A stretch of DNA of 59,215 bases from a virus. Taxonomy: Duplodnaviria > Caudoviricetes. The DNA is taken from the IMG/VR virus record IMGVR_UViG_3300021961_000106, positions 1 to 59,215 of that record, one strand, 5' to 3'. Position 1 is the stretch's first letter. Each line of letters starts with the position of its first letter. The notes beneath the pieces are model-generated. The model had not been told where the DNA came from. It made no database searches and saw only the letters and a program-made list of their open reading frames with translations. Shown here in pieces: positions 36,101 to 43,400 of the stretch. The position numbers were made by a program, and so were the translations under genes.

Positions 36101-37236
36101 GCTCCAAGTCCAAGTATAGGACCAGCTGCAAAATAAGATTCTATACCAGCTGTCCCAGCTGCTGGGCCCATTGTCATTGCCGCTAGTGTATACGGTATGC
36201 TCCCGATGGCCTCTGTTGCTGTTCTAAATGCAGCTTGAGCAATATTTCCGTTAGCTATATCTGATTGTATAGATGTGTCGTATTCCTTTGTTTTTTCCCT
36301 TTGGCTTTTTGCATACCTCCTAAACCTTTCAGCAACATCCCCTAGCGAATAAAAGTATGCACCAAGACCGCCAACCCCGGATTGACCAACAACTGGAATG
36401 CCAAGCTCGATGGCCATGGCCTCGTCTCTTTTTTCTTCTGGTAGTTTATTTATTCTAGCTATTTGATCTTTTGATAATCCTCCATAGCCTAGCATTTGCA
36501 TGGACTTGTATTTGGTCCATGGGAAATCTAAAGCCCCAGCGGTAAACTCTGCAGCCGTAGCATTAAATTTATTTACAGCATCAAACCAAGAGGCTTCGTC
36601 AGATGAAGCAGACAAGTCTTTTGCCTCTTCATCTATAAGCCTATTTTTTACTTCTGGTATATTTAGTACGTTTTTAGTTGCTTCGACTTTGTCTACTGCG
36701 CTAAGCTGATCATAATTTTCTGGCAAGTACCCTCTTATAATCTGATCAGTCGTTACAAAAGGCATAAACTCTGTAAGTTCTGCTTTTGATAGAGAGATAG
36801 GCGCAGGAGCTACCGGGGCAGCTTCTCCAAACAAGCCCGTCTTAGGAGCCTCTTCCTCAAATGAAATATACTCTTGAGCCTTGGGCTGCTGGGCCTGCTG
36901 CTGTTGATACTGTTGGTAGATTGGACCTAGATCATATAGTTGACCTTCTCCAGAAGACGCCAACTGCTGATCCTGTGCCATTGCACTGGTACCCAATAAA
37001 CCACCGTCTGCCAAAGGCTGCAAAGGCAAGCCCTCTTCTTTTTTTTTTAATATATCGCCAAAGAATTGGTTCTGAAAGTCAGCTAATGGCTTAGTGTACA
37101 GGTTATCTTGTCTAAGAGCAGTATGCAGTTTTTGAATACTTTCTGGAGTTGAGAACTGATTCTTGAATTCTTCAAGACTCTTGGTGTACAATCCATCTTG
37201 TTTTAGGGCGGTATAAAGATTATCTATTCCGGGCAT
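27130..37236 (-). CDS. Giant ejection-type / large polyvalent protein (3,368 aa)
   Basis: Last gene of the virion operon; mosaic of GNAT-like, zincin-like, glycosylase-like and YRPGWH modules plus a long helical C-terminus. Start set to MPGIDN, downstream of the promoter at 37261-37268. Confidence 0.7.
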   Translation of the reverse strand: MPGIDNLYTALKQDGLYTKSLEEFKNQFSTPESIQKLHTALRQDNLYTKPLADFQNQFFGDILKKKEEGLPLQPLADGGLLGTSAMAQDQQLASSGEGQLYDLGPIYQQYQQQQAQQPKAQEYISFEEEAPKTGLFGEAAPVAPAPISLSKAELTEFMPFVTTDQIIRGYLPENYDQLSAVDKVEATKNVLNIPEVKNRLIDEEAKDLSASSDEASWFDAVNKFNATAAEFTAGALDFPWTKYKSMQMLGYGGLSKDQIARINKLPEEKRDEAMAIELGIPVVGQSGVGGLGAYFYSLGDVAERFRRYAKSQREKTKEYDTSIQSDIANGNIAQAAFRTATEAIGSIPYTLAAMTMGPAAGTAGIESYFAAGPILGLGAVTAVNKIDQELKEGNTISKELLGTAVINGLAEGVLEGVGSAGMNRLARASIGNSIASKQISENIAGEFISAVGLEGTTEGLTSVVQEGADALVLGKPITLQQFSERVFDAALIGAFSGGGMSAPSLSISAYKEKVKPYLEVSAMTKEATNWLRESNQQLASLQGAMTSTNDPAELAALSFAARSIVLKREEVLQGASDFVDNMTNQDIVEMLEIKSKLNKNIADADAIKASTTMSEDAKKIALENLKSSAISLINKRQELVQRVKNNAVQKQTTSEVPVQPEARVGEEMAEGAPETKPEVVTEEGKVEENIIPVNEIEDRRKETESKIEQKTFLTAGKFSRALGKSNIDAVPVDYAKNNGIEFVKYANPETGSIDVVVTGTSAGNFVGFYRLYEDGKPTNKWSSKLENASRNKENLKIMLAGVQSMLPIGHEYTEKTSISTDGLRFWNQQLDRGYELQYDENGNVETTEVRINGASIVNDLGVPIPSDKFSPVGVYNDEQFNKVKEAVLPYIQKLGLNESNIRQDGNVVKIDLPILKKNGETKTETKPKVVIEEGKVEEVTPEFYVQELDRTKVSDPTLYWSVDPVELETAKSGTIVSVDGGYGFVSPEGDIKGVFKTPETTRKGVADDVLKEAVKNGGIKLDNFDTYLTKVYKKNGFRIASRMEFAEEFAPKGWNKEVHGTPDVVAMVYDPNNQLDIEEKTFDNYDKAMAYRDSFVEQARALQEAPAVEQITVTSTPSEVKQSIDAASTALGVAFPEVEFIVGDKLQDTKARIVEALTPRYGAEKAQAVADGFTNVRGQALFAGAKPIAIVINKTQANNRTAGHEAWEVMLNDAFGQNPEKFAEFRKAIDAQLKVSGYEDVAEALTKFSNEYADQGTEAMFREYMAEFGGMLVEGGLDPKNLTQQEKTLLEKIKDIINKFALELTGKEVFLKDATPENIIDFMVTISEKVSKGETVEQFFEEKEQGATEEDITARKQVIDAFDGAMEKLGIQVGTINPKTGKSKVTNYDIASAMNEYYEKTYGSLGITDFSDNAVDIVSDYAKNEILFAMSKFGSDSGKGWYTEDYAKALDILSKLDSDIKNNPAIKEAATAIIAVASNSTAVYENLTRVIYGIDQFKKTRKVPTDVGTGKGASAIASGIDRYNNILKKFNNDPVKTAEFLQQIDTVSNLSKTLLKEFGLSSYAQAKSQNLATDPEWNSNEMLPMSVLIFGPKIGAFYSNLSGLDGTPTIDRWCIRTIYRYKGDMRSKVSENEMQDFKEANGIDGVSYSDALTLAQEHSKLFQAILGGRGKYKGIAKAERNEALKPYRKGDQIWKKAQGVVNDISEGIESGVSNKKQYAKDFRSFTKKAFEAARDKIAKESGQKLSVSDIQAILWIYEKNLFGHLGVKQREDATYSSSANRLVNRVNDGVFSLEQLKAGDLSVLEGSDIETDGAMGDKYGSSVKEFKDGIDNAQERNTDTSGAAKKKEVKLTTEEIETLNDNFGIQDGEIELSARSQKINPSEVKALSSSLNNLDNNELESLKDLIHKDVKAPNKTQKAYKLFKVKKGFPGELFPLFVGANESVTTGDWIAAKAGELTTTKEGKTMVKSTLGPLAYRPGWHSGEFAIATHIGSKKNPSDKAPTLRDSDQVWAEVEVGDDFDWQTEANNRAEKTKDGKIIPRTAHITDQLPALGNYKYKTNSNMTGSWIISGEMKVNRVLTDKEVAKINEKSGSTDLPRVSPFDFDAYGFNQDGTPKNKKQVLSNQVARAYIIAKETGENPNLVSAVESATTITARSQKINYKDLPGYDRMRENLDGVIEKAKERGANKARILEDAIGYLQTSKVYEIANDSQREQMVRDIKKELGERIKSAPRVHRVLGIKPEDKILTTNTNLIAERAKAAKYAEDFMQSMLRGIGKEAMRLKTSGKITAFQMRAILNKASKVKLVDAESVRSFIDYLERVMKNAEFAERAYKLNNSLKIAKRNAATKIGIADGLSPLLQKVFSLNAYTIPKNVFNDYAELVETFSERRTVLGLTDIDIVTNKAKNILSSVEGEIERVKALEEVFSNYQDKEVDKDGKLMYSETISKMVADGSISPEDGELLKKYKSLIMERTKKDPRSEEEIEEERLELVDQVKSYTPIFSQLPTVDERNLARSIYELIKTGAIDKMSNKELKDLLGVLDNIENGFLPHYAQIIKEKMNQYNRGEELANAAKNAKKLPFEGVISRMKVLFGKENSALVKAIERNPLFFIDELFGNFNTRPIFNSIFKPVSQAYSKYQGDINTIMSNLDKALSDVAKSYLNNPNKTQYSKQKMMAFMLQREYQSNIGDKAVNSAKAFLDETINYAEENDQNTYSKKDIQNLKDIRNKFFAEEEIDLDAVYETFNKAEKRAIEMITKINDSMSDKVSFTSAIIRGRKVGSINKYIHHNVLMEKSAIDDVTDLNIADLFNASMKPSTKAKSLEERTGKVTPLVFDPFSSTVRGAKYLLMDYHLTEPIRTARRTLNYAKTNTKGEAKKIVNAISRVLEQSLSNVLANSYTETSFVEDAISYVEKTGYRAMLASVPRAFAELASNLSFVALYDPKSFIDGMGYSNIVMSQDGLDVMRNVNSEQIERLYPGSKLSGKIIDKETMSQASGIKAGRSLNDVANASSIIYNNSLKKVKNVAETTSDYLISTPDKIVMKPLWFGSFAREFKAQTGIDVDFNKIAKGDEVYLTKYRDAIRQASAKADETSVRVGASDNPFTGILKGANTANQGFLRQAFNKYNNFMTRFLIYEYSTARTGVYALMGEGKISRAQGAAIIGASLSRMIMYSFMSTQLVKLLLSSLFGDEEEDDDTLLQDMAQASASALTGLLLGRNFGNVVKAPINIAVEKFNEKYLDSMRTGEYDPYKDAIQYTVIPKEKRDQGDILQYIKTFSGAFSPAFSAVSRAIEVASKTDLKTEEARERRMKELTTRTPLEIMGNLGFVPLYKDLRRILIKDLYKDLEKGKSESQSGGVIQAKVKKAEITKGE
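34423..35217. repeat. 45-bp direct repeat pair (34423-34467 and 35173-35217)
   Basis: 43/45 identical, 750 bp apart, in frame. Confidence 0.9.
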
Positions 37237-37289
37237 TGCTAGAAGTCTTTGCGACTCCTGCAAATATACGCAATATTACCATTGCGGTC

Positions 37290-38777
37290 TTAAAGATATT
37301 CATATCTTCCAGGACTAGAAGCCTTTCTCCAGTATCCCAAAATATCATTTGACTGACTCTCTTGCTGTGGTCTAAGCCATGGTGCTGTTCTTATGCCCTG
37401 GTTTGTGTCAAGTAGATTTTGGAACTCTTCCATTGATATTTTATACTCAGGATCAGTAGCCTTTGCGTTTGCAGCATCATTGTACAATGAACTTAACTCG
37501 GCTAAATTATAATCCTGGGAGCTCTCAATGATACTATCTCCAGACGGGGTTTTAAACGTAACCTTGTATTGGCCACCAAGCGTACGTTCAATTTTAGACA
37601 CAGTACCTAGTCCTTCAACTTTAGCACCCTTGATATATTTCCAGGGGCCTTGTGGGTTAGTTGGGTCTACCAAAAACTCGTTAATGTTTTTTACCCTCTC
37701 CTGTATAAGGTTACCCTTTTGTGCACTCTTTCCAGCTGCCGCTTTTCTACCTTCAGAAAGGGCCGTATATTGAAGTCCAAGAGACTTTCTTTGATATTCA
37801 GTCATCCCCTGCTCTTCCTTATAGTCAACCTGTGCCATGATAGCCTGCTTAACAACCTCTTCTGCCTGTGCCATAAGCTCAGGAGTGATCTCTGGAGTGT
37901 ATATACCTTGAGCGTTTGGCTTTACAACTACAGCCTTTCTTTTTTCTTCTGGAGAAAGCTTAGCGTAATCTTCTGGGCTTACTGCTTCGAATCCAGTAGC
38001 ATTGTCCAACAACACAGACGCTATAGCCTTGTTATTGGAAAGAATTGCCGCTGTGGTTTCTGTAAGAATCTTGTCCTTTTGATTCAAGTCAATACCAGCC
38101 AAAACATACTTCCCGGTTACAGGATCTTTTCCTCCATACTGGCCGAAGCGCTTCACATAGTTATTTACAGCAGCGCCAAGATCAAGCTTAGTTACCTTTT
38201 GGTTCAAGGCGTTGTTGATGGTCTTAACGTCCATCAGGCCTTCTGTGATCACCTGACCAGTCTTTGGATCTGTTTTAGCAATGTATAGATTTCCGTCAGC
38301 GGGGTTAATGTATAGTTGCTTGTTCACCAAGTCTGTCATTGACAGATATTTCTCACGAGCAAACTTTTCCAATGCAGAAGCCGTATCACCATCTACGCGC
38401 TCCAAGAAGTCAGCGTAGTCTTGGTTGAAGGTCTTCATGTTGTTGGCGTATGCACCCCATCCCTCTTGGGCTCTCAATACATTTATCTTGTACTGAGCTG
38501 GCGTAAGCATTCCTTGCTTGAGTAGCTTGTTCTGAGAGGCCATGTAGTCACGCATGGTGTTGATACCATTCAGCGTAAACTCGTTGACTGTTTGGGACTT
38601 GCCCATCTCGATCTTGTTGACCTCCGCCATGGCGTCGGACTGCATCTGATCAAGCTCAGCCTTTTGGTTCTCACGATCTTTATATACCTCTTGCAGCCCA
38701 GTTGAGAGTTCACGGGTGATTGCTCCCCAGTCTGTGCGAGGAACCTGTGGTGCTACGTATTGTGCAAATGTTGCCAT
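37290..38777 (-). CDS. Probable internal virion (ejection) protein
   Basis: 495 aa, helical, located between the nozzle genes and the giant ORF. Confidence 0.55.
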   Translation of the reverse strand: MATFAQYVAPQVPRTDWGAITRELSTGLQEVYKDRENQKAELDQMQSDAMAEVNKIEMGKSQTVNEFTLNGINTMRDYMASQNKLLKQGMLTPAQYKINVLRAQEGWGAYANNMKTFNQDYADFLERVDGDTASALEKFAREKYLSMTDLVNKQLYINPADGNLYIAKTDPKTGQVITEGLMDVKTINNALNQKVTKLDLGAAVNNYVKRFGQYGGKDPVTGKYVLAGIDLNQKDKILTETTAAILSNNKAIASVLLDNATGFEAVSPEDYAKLSPEEKRKAVVVKPNAQGIYTPEITPELMAQAEEVVKQAIMAQVDYKEEQGMTEYQRKSLGLQYTALSEGRKAAAGKSAQKGNLIQERVKNINEFLVDPTNPQGPWKYIKGAKVEGLGTVSKIERTLGGQYKVTFKTPSGDSIIESSQDYNLAELSSLYNDAANAKATDPEYKISMEEFQNLLDTNQGIRTAPWLRPQQESQSNDILGYWRKASSPGRYEYL

Positions 38778-39661
38778 TAGAATTCAAGCGGGTTTGTAAA
38801 TGCAGACATTGGATTGTACGCAGTTGGGGCGTATGGATTATATCTAAAATCAGATGGCGGCAAGAACTGAGGGGTAAATTGATTTGTTGGTGCAGCAAAT
38901 GCAGAACCAGTGTATGGTGACTTAGGCTGCGTCAATCCAGCATATGGTGACATTGGAAATGCAGTTCCTGGAGCATATGCGGCTTCTGGAGTAAAGAATG
39001 TTCCTTGTGGAGCATTAGCAGCCAGTGATTGATCGAACGTCTGCGGCCCATAACTAGACGGAGAGTACCCTGTTTTTTGTAGTTCTTTTCCAACTTGTTG
39101 CTCTTTATACAACGGCATCGTGCTATAAATATCAAGACCAGCCTGCGCAATGCCAGATGCCGCGCTAGTAATTGCGGCTCGCTTCTCTGATTCAGCTTGA
39201 GCGGCAGCCTGTTGAGCGCCACCCAATTCCATGGCTTGAATACCAAGCTCCTTGTTAATATTGGCCTCTGAAATTGCTTGACGGTTTCTGGCTAGTTCAA
39301 GATTCCTGGCATATTCTAGCTGATCAAGTTCAGCCATTCTAGCCAAGTCTTCTTCAGCGCCCATAGCGGCAAGTCCTGGTGTTCCACCAAGAACAGCAGC
39401 GCCTCCAGCCTCTTGTAGGGCCTGGATCTGCATGGCTTCACGCTGAGCTTGTTTCTCGGCAGACTGCTCTGCTCCCATCATGGGGATTTGAAGACCAGCC
39501 ATTGTGTCTTCAAAACGCATAGCACGCATTTTGGCAGCGGCAGCATCTGCTGCAGCCTCGGCTTCTTTACGTCGCTTAGATGCATTTACTGCCTGAGCTG
39601 CGTTTAGGCCAGATCCTATAAGCGTAGTGGCTATTGGTATTACTAGTGCTGGTAGCGGCAT
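38777..39661 (-). CDS. Probable small ejection/pilot protein
   Basis: Ala/Gly/Gln-rich with a hydrophobic N-terminus. Confidence 0.6.
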   Translation of the reverse strand: MPLPALVIPIATTLIGSGLNAAQAVNASKRRKEAEAAADAAAAKMRAMRFEDTMAGLQIPMMGAEQSAEKQAQREAMQIQALQEAGGAAVLGGTPGLAAMGAEEDLARMAELDQLEYARNLELARNRQAISEANINKELGIQAMELGGAQQAAAQAESEKRAAITSAASGIAQAGLDIYSTMPLYKEQQVGKELQKTGYSPSSYGPQTFDQSLAANAPQGTFFTPEAAYAPGTAFPMSPYAGLTQPKSPYTGSAFAAPTNQFTPQFLPPSDFRYNPYAPTAYNPMSAFTNPLEF

Positions 39662-39680
39662 ATTGCAAAGATACTATATA

Positions 39681-40409
39681 TTATGGGTAACTCTTGAAGA
39701 CCTCTGAAGATACTGAGAATAACTCAACGTCTGTAATGCTATCATTGGTGAGCTCGACTTGCATATAATATCCACGAGCACCAAATGATTCGGCTTGGCT
39801 ATTCTTGATATAAAGAATAAATGCTCCTGGAGAAGGGCTGCTCAAAAGTGTTGCGACAGTTATGGAGGACCCTGTGTGTGCTGTAACAACACCAACTTGC
39901 AGGATAGTTCCTGCGTTGTCATAATAAACAACATCACCTACGCTAATCGCAGAAGGTACAGAGAATGTAAAGTTAAGAGTAGTGCCTACTATCGATTGCA
40001 ATGCACCTATTCCCTGAGCAGATAACAAATCCAAATCTGTGGCACCTGTGTTTCTACGGATATACGTGAAGTAGTTACCTTCCTTCAGATCATAGTAAGC
40101 AGCATCCATAGACCCAGACGACATGTCTGTAGTGATAACGGTGTCCCAAGGGCTGTCGCTCTCAAGCTCCATGGTCTTAAACATCTTAGCCTCTAGTGGG
40201 TCTTGGTTAAATACCATTGTTACTTGAGAAGGCGTGAATGTTCCATAGAATGTATTCCTATCTTCATTTGGGTCGTTATGAACATATATCTCACCGTTCT
40301 TAAAGGTATAGAATCGGCCAGACATCCCAATCATCCACTCTGGATAATAGGAATGGAAGGACGTCCATCCGTCAGCCTGTGGTGAATATGTAAGTGTATA
40401 TGTAGCCAT
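39681..40409 (-). CDS. Tail nozzle C-terminal part
   Basis: TLTYS....GWTSFHSY.PE...FYTFKNG.+Y.H and G.RGYYM.V.L motifs. Confidence 0.6.
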   Translation of the reverse strand: MATYTLTYSPQADGWTSFHSYYPEWMIGMSGRFYTFKNGEIYVHNDPNEDRNTFYGTFTPSQVTMVFNQDPLEAKMFKTMELESDSPWDTVITTDMSSGSMDAAYYDLKEGNYFTYIRRNTGATDLDLLSAQGIGALQSIVGTTLNFTFSVPSAISVGDVVYYDNAGTILQVGVVTAHTGSSITVATLLSSPSPGAFILYIKNSQAESFGARGYYMQVELTNDSITDVELFSVSSEVFKSYP

Positions 40410-43400
40410 TAGCAGTTTTCTATGTTTGTTACTTTTCCGTTTGCGTCAATCTGAATGGTTTGACCATTGTTCATTTGATACCACAAGTTACTACCATCGA
40501 CAGGTGCTACTTTGTTTTGGTCTGCATAAATATAGTCATCAATTACAGGGAATGTATATTCACCGCTGTGGTATCGAATGTTTATGTTTGCCACAACTCC
40601 GCAAGATAAAGCCGATGTTGCATATCCGGTTGAGTCTAATCCAAATGGAGTAAGAACGATAGACTCATCTTGAACTTGAATCAAGAAGGTCTCATCTGCG
40701 CTAGTTCCAAAGCAGTTGGTCGCATTGACTGTTACTTCAAATGTTCCAATGGTTTCAGATACACCATAAATAACCCCGCTCAATCCATCAAATGAAATAC
40801 CATCTGGCAGAACCTCGTTTACGCAAACTCCATTACTAGATGATATTGCATCAACCCCGATGTTTTTGATAAAAACAGCAGAAGAACAAGAATATATTGT
40901 TTCGTTTGCATTTACAGACACCACTTTTGGCAAGCCTGTTTCACAATCTATACCAGAAAAGACACCGCCACTATTTCCTCCGTATAGCTCATAGCTAACG
41001 CAAGAAGAAACAAGATCCCACTCAATCGGGTTATTTGATGCCTCTAGTGATACGTATATACTTTCGTTAGGCGCGAAAGATACGTCTGACTGAGTGATTG
41101 TTGGAGCGGCAACCTCAGAGCACGTGCACGACTCGAATGATATTACATATCCATCTGTATCAATTACGGTATAATCGTTCCCAGCAGGCCCCACTCTGTG
41201 GTATGCATTCGCTCCATTGAATGGCGTTGTTCCAGCCGAGTCTGTGTAAATACGAGCACCTAAGTCAACAGATCCAGTGGTGCTATCTGTATAATACGTA
41301 CCATACGATGTTTGCGAACAAACGTTTGAAGATGTGCCATTTGTTGGATCGATCTCAATTGGTATCAACGCTGGACAATTCATAGTGGCAGAAAAGTCTA
41401 TAGTTCCTCCGCCAATGTTTTCATTAGTTATAATCAAAAGAGCTGTCGTTGGAGTAGATGTTCTCTTTACAAATGAAAGAGTTCCACTGGTGGAAACAAC
41501 TCCAGAGTCAGCCACAACGACTCCATCGTATTGAATTTGGAACCGCATATTACCCGAGTTTACCGTGTATGACACGTCAACCAAACCAATGTTACCCCCA
41601 ATAGTGTATTCAATCGATGTTTGACCCTCAGTACCAACATAAGAACCGGATGTTCCACAGCTCAACCCGCTACGATAATCCCATATCAAATACAAATAAT
41701 CATCGTTAGATGGATTCGAGTAAGAGAATGTGGCGTCATAGTTTCCTCCAACAAGAGATGGCGTTATTGGCGTAGAGGCAGCAATTAACGCATTGTAGTC
41801 CCCTTGCTCGTACTTGGTATTTGAAACCAAATAATACATTTTGTTTCCAATACTGGGAACAAATGGCTTTGCAATACCTCCGTTTATCCCTGTCGTCTCA
41901 TCGTATCCACGAACAGTAACAGTTTCTGATGGCAAAGGAATTTGTCCATCTCCAGAATACCCAGCATATACATCATACAAAGAAACACTAGTGTTTTTCA
42001 ATACTGTGTCCACGAACTGAATCCCCAATCCACCAGTGCTGGTCATGTTGTAAAGTTGTGTAGCAACCTTTGTGGCATCAATTGGATTATTAACCACGAC
42101 AGCAACACGTTGCACTTTTGATGATGGCGATTGCTCTAGTGTGAACGATTCGTTTCCAGAACAACCAGCAATAGTTAATACAACAGACCTAACTGTGGAT
42201 CCGTTGTTTTGAGCTAGCGTTCCATATATATCTTGGTTACCGCTACCGCTAACAACTACATTGGTTAGCCATGCTGCTGAGTAAGTAATAGTCCAAGAGC
42301 TATTGCTTCTAATAGAGAACAAGTACATATTGCTACTTGTTTTGGACACAAGCAGCTTGTTCCTAGAAATGTCAAACTCACAGGCAACTGCTGGAGTTTC
42401 CGTAGACGTAAGAACATACATATTGTGGTATGGGTCGTATGCTCCAATCTTTTGAGTATCTCCGTCCGCAATGAATAGATCACGGAACCAATCTCTCATG
42501 CCCTGAGATGAAATCTCAAACATACCATCTTGGCCTAAACGAAGCGCAGCATTTCTACGCTGATCAGTAAAGAATACATTGTTCCCCCATTGAGCAAAGC
42601 TTTCTGGGTTATTTGAAATACCGTATTCTCCGCTATACGCAATCTGAGTGCCAAGAACCTGTGGTATTGAAGCCACGGTCCCCCCACCAACAGAGTCGCT
42701 AAGCAAGTTCTTCTCGTATAACACTTTGGATACCTTGTTTTCTTGGAAAACAATCAAATCCGTATCTCGAGAGTATAACTTTTGGATGCTACCAAATTCT
42801 TGGTCTAGGTATTTAAAGTTGGCATTTGACAAATTGAACTCGTTAAGTTTATTTAAGCCAGATGTAACTTGGTACACCCCACTATATGTCAAAGCGTTTT
42901 TAACTCTCTCCTCTGCATACTTGTCAGTAGTTGTTAAAGCTCGAGGGCTATACTTCATTGTAAACGAATTAAAGTCGTCTCTAATTCGATAGCATTCTGC
43001 TCCATTGCCAAATGTGAATGCATTAAAAGAAGGAATCTGTACAATAGCTGGCTTCTGTGTTGTTGACACGCTGCTTCTTGTTTGATTCTGCTCCCCAGAA
43101 AGACCAGCACTTTGATGAAGACCATCTACAATTTCATAAGTATATGGAAGTTCATGGTAGACATCAATGTCCGTATCATTGGGTACTGTCTCTATAATTA
43201 CAGAGTCAGTCAGTTGCGATACCTCAACTTCTACTATAATAAAGTTTCTTTCGCAAGAAAGATAGTTTAGGGCATTGCTGGTAAAGTTCTTCCTAGAATC
43301 ACCATATCCCTTCAATACCATGTATAAGGAATCTTTAGCCGTAAGGAATGGAGTTCCAGAATCTTGGAACAACATGTCCACTCGCGCTCCATCATTTTGT

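Noticed and set aside
27130-37236. crAss-type virion RNA polymerase
   Set aside because: No DxDxD catalytic motif seen in the giant ORF.
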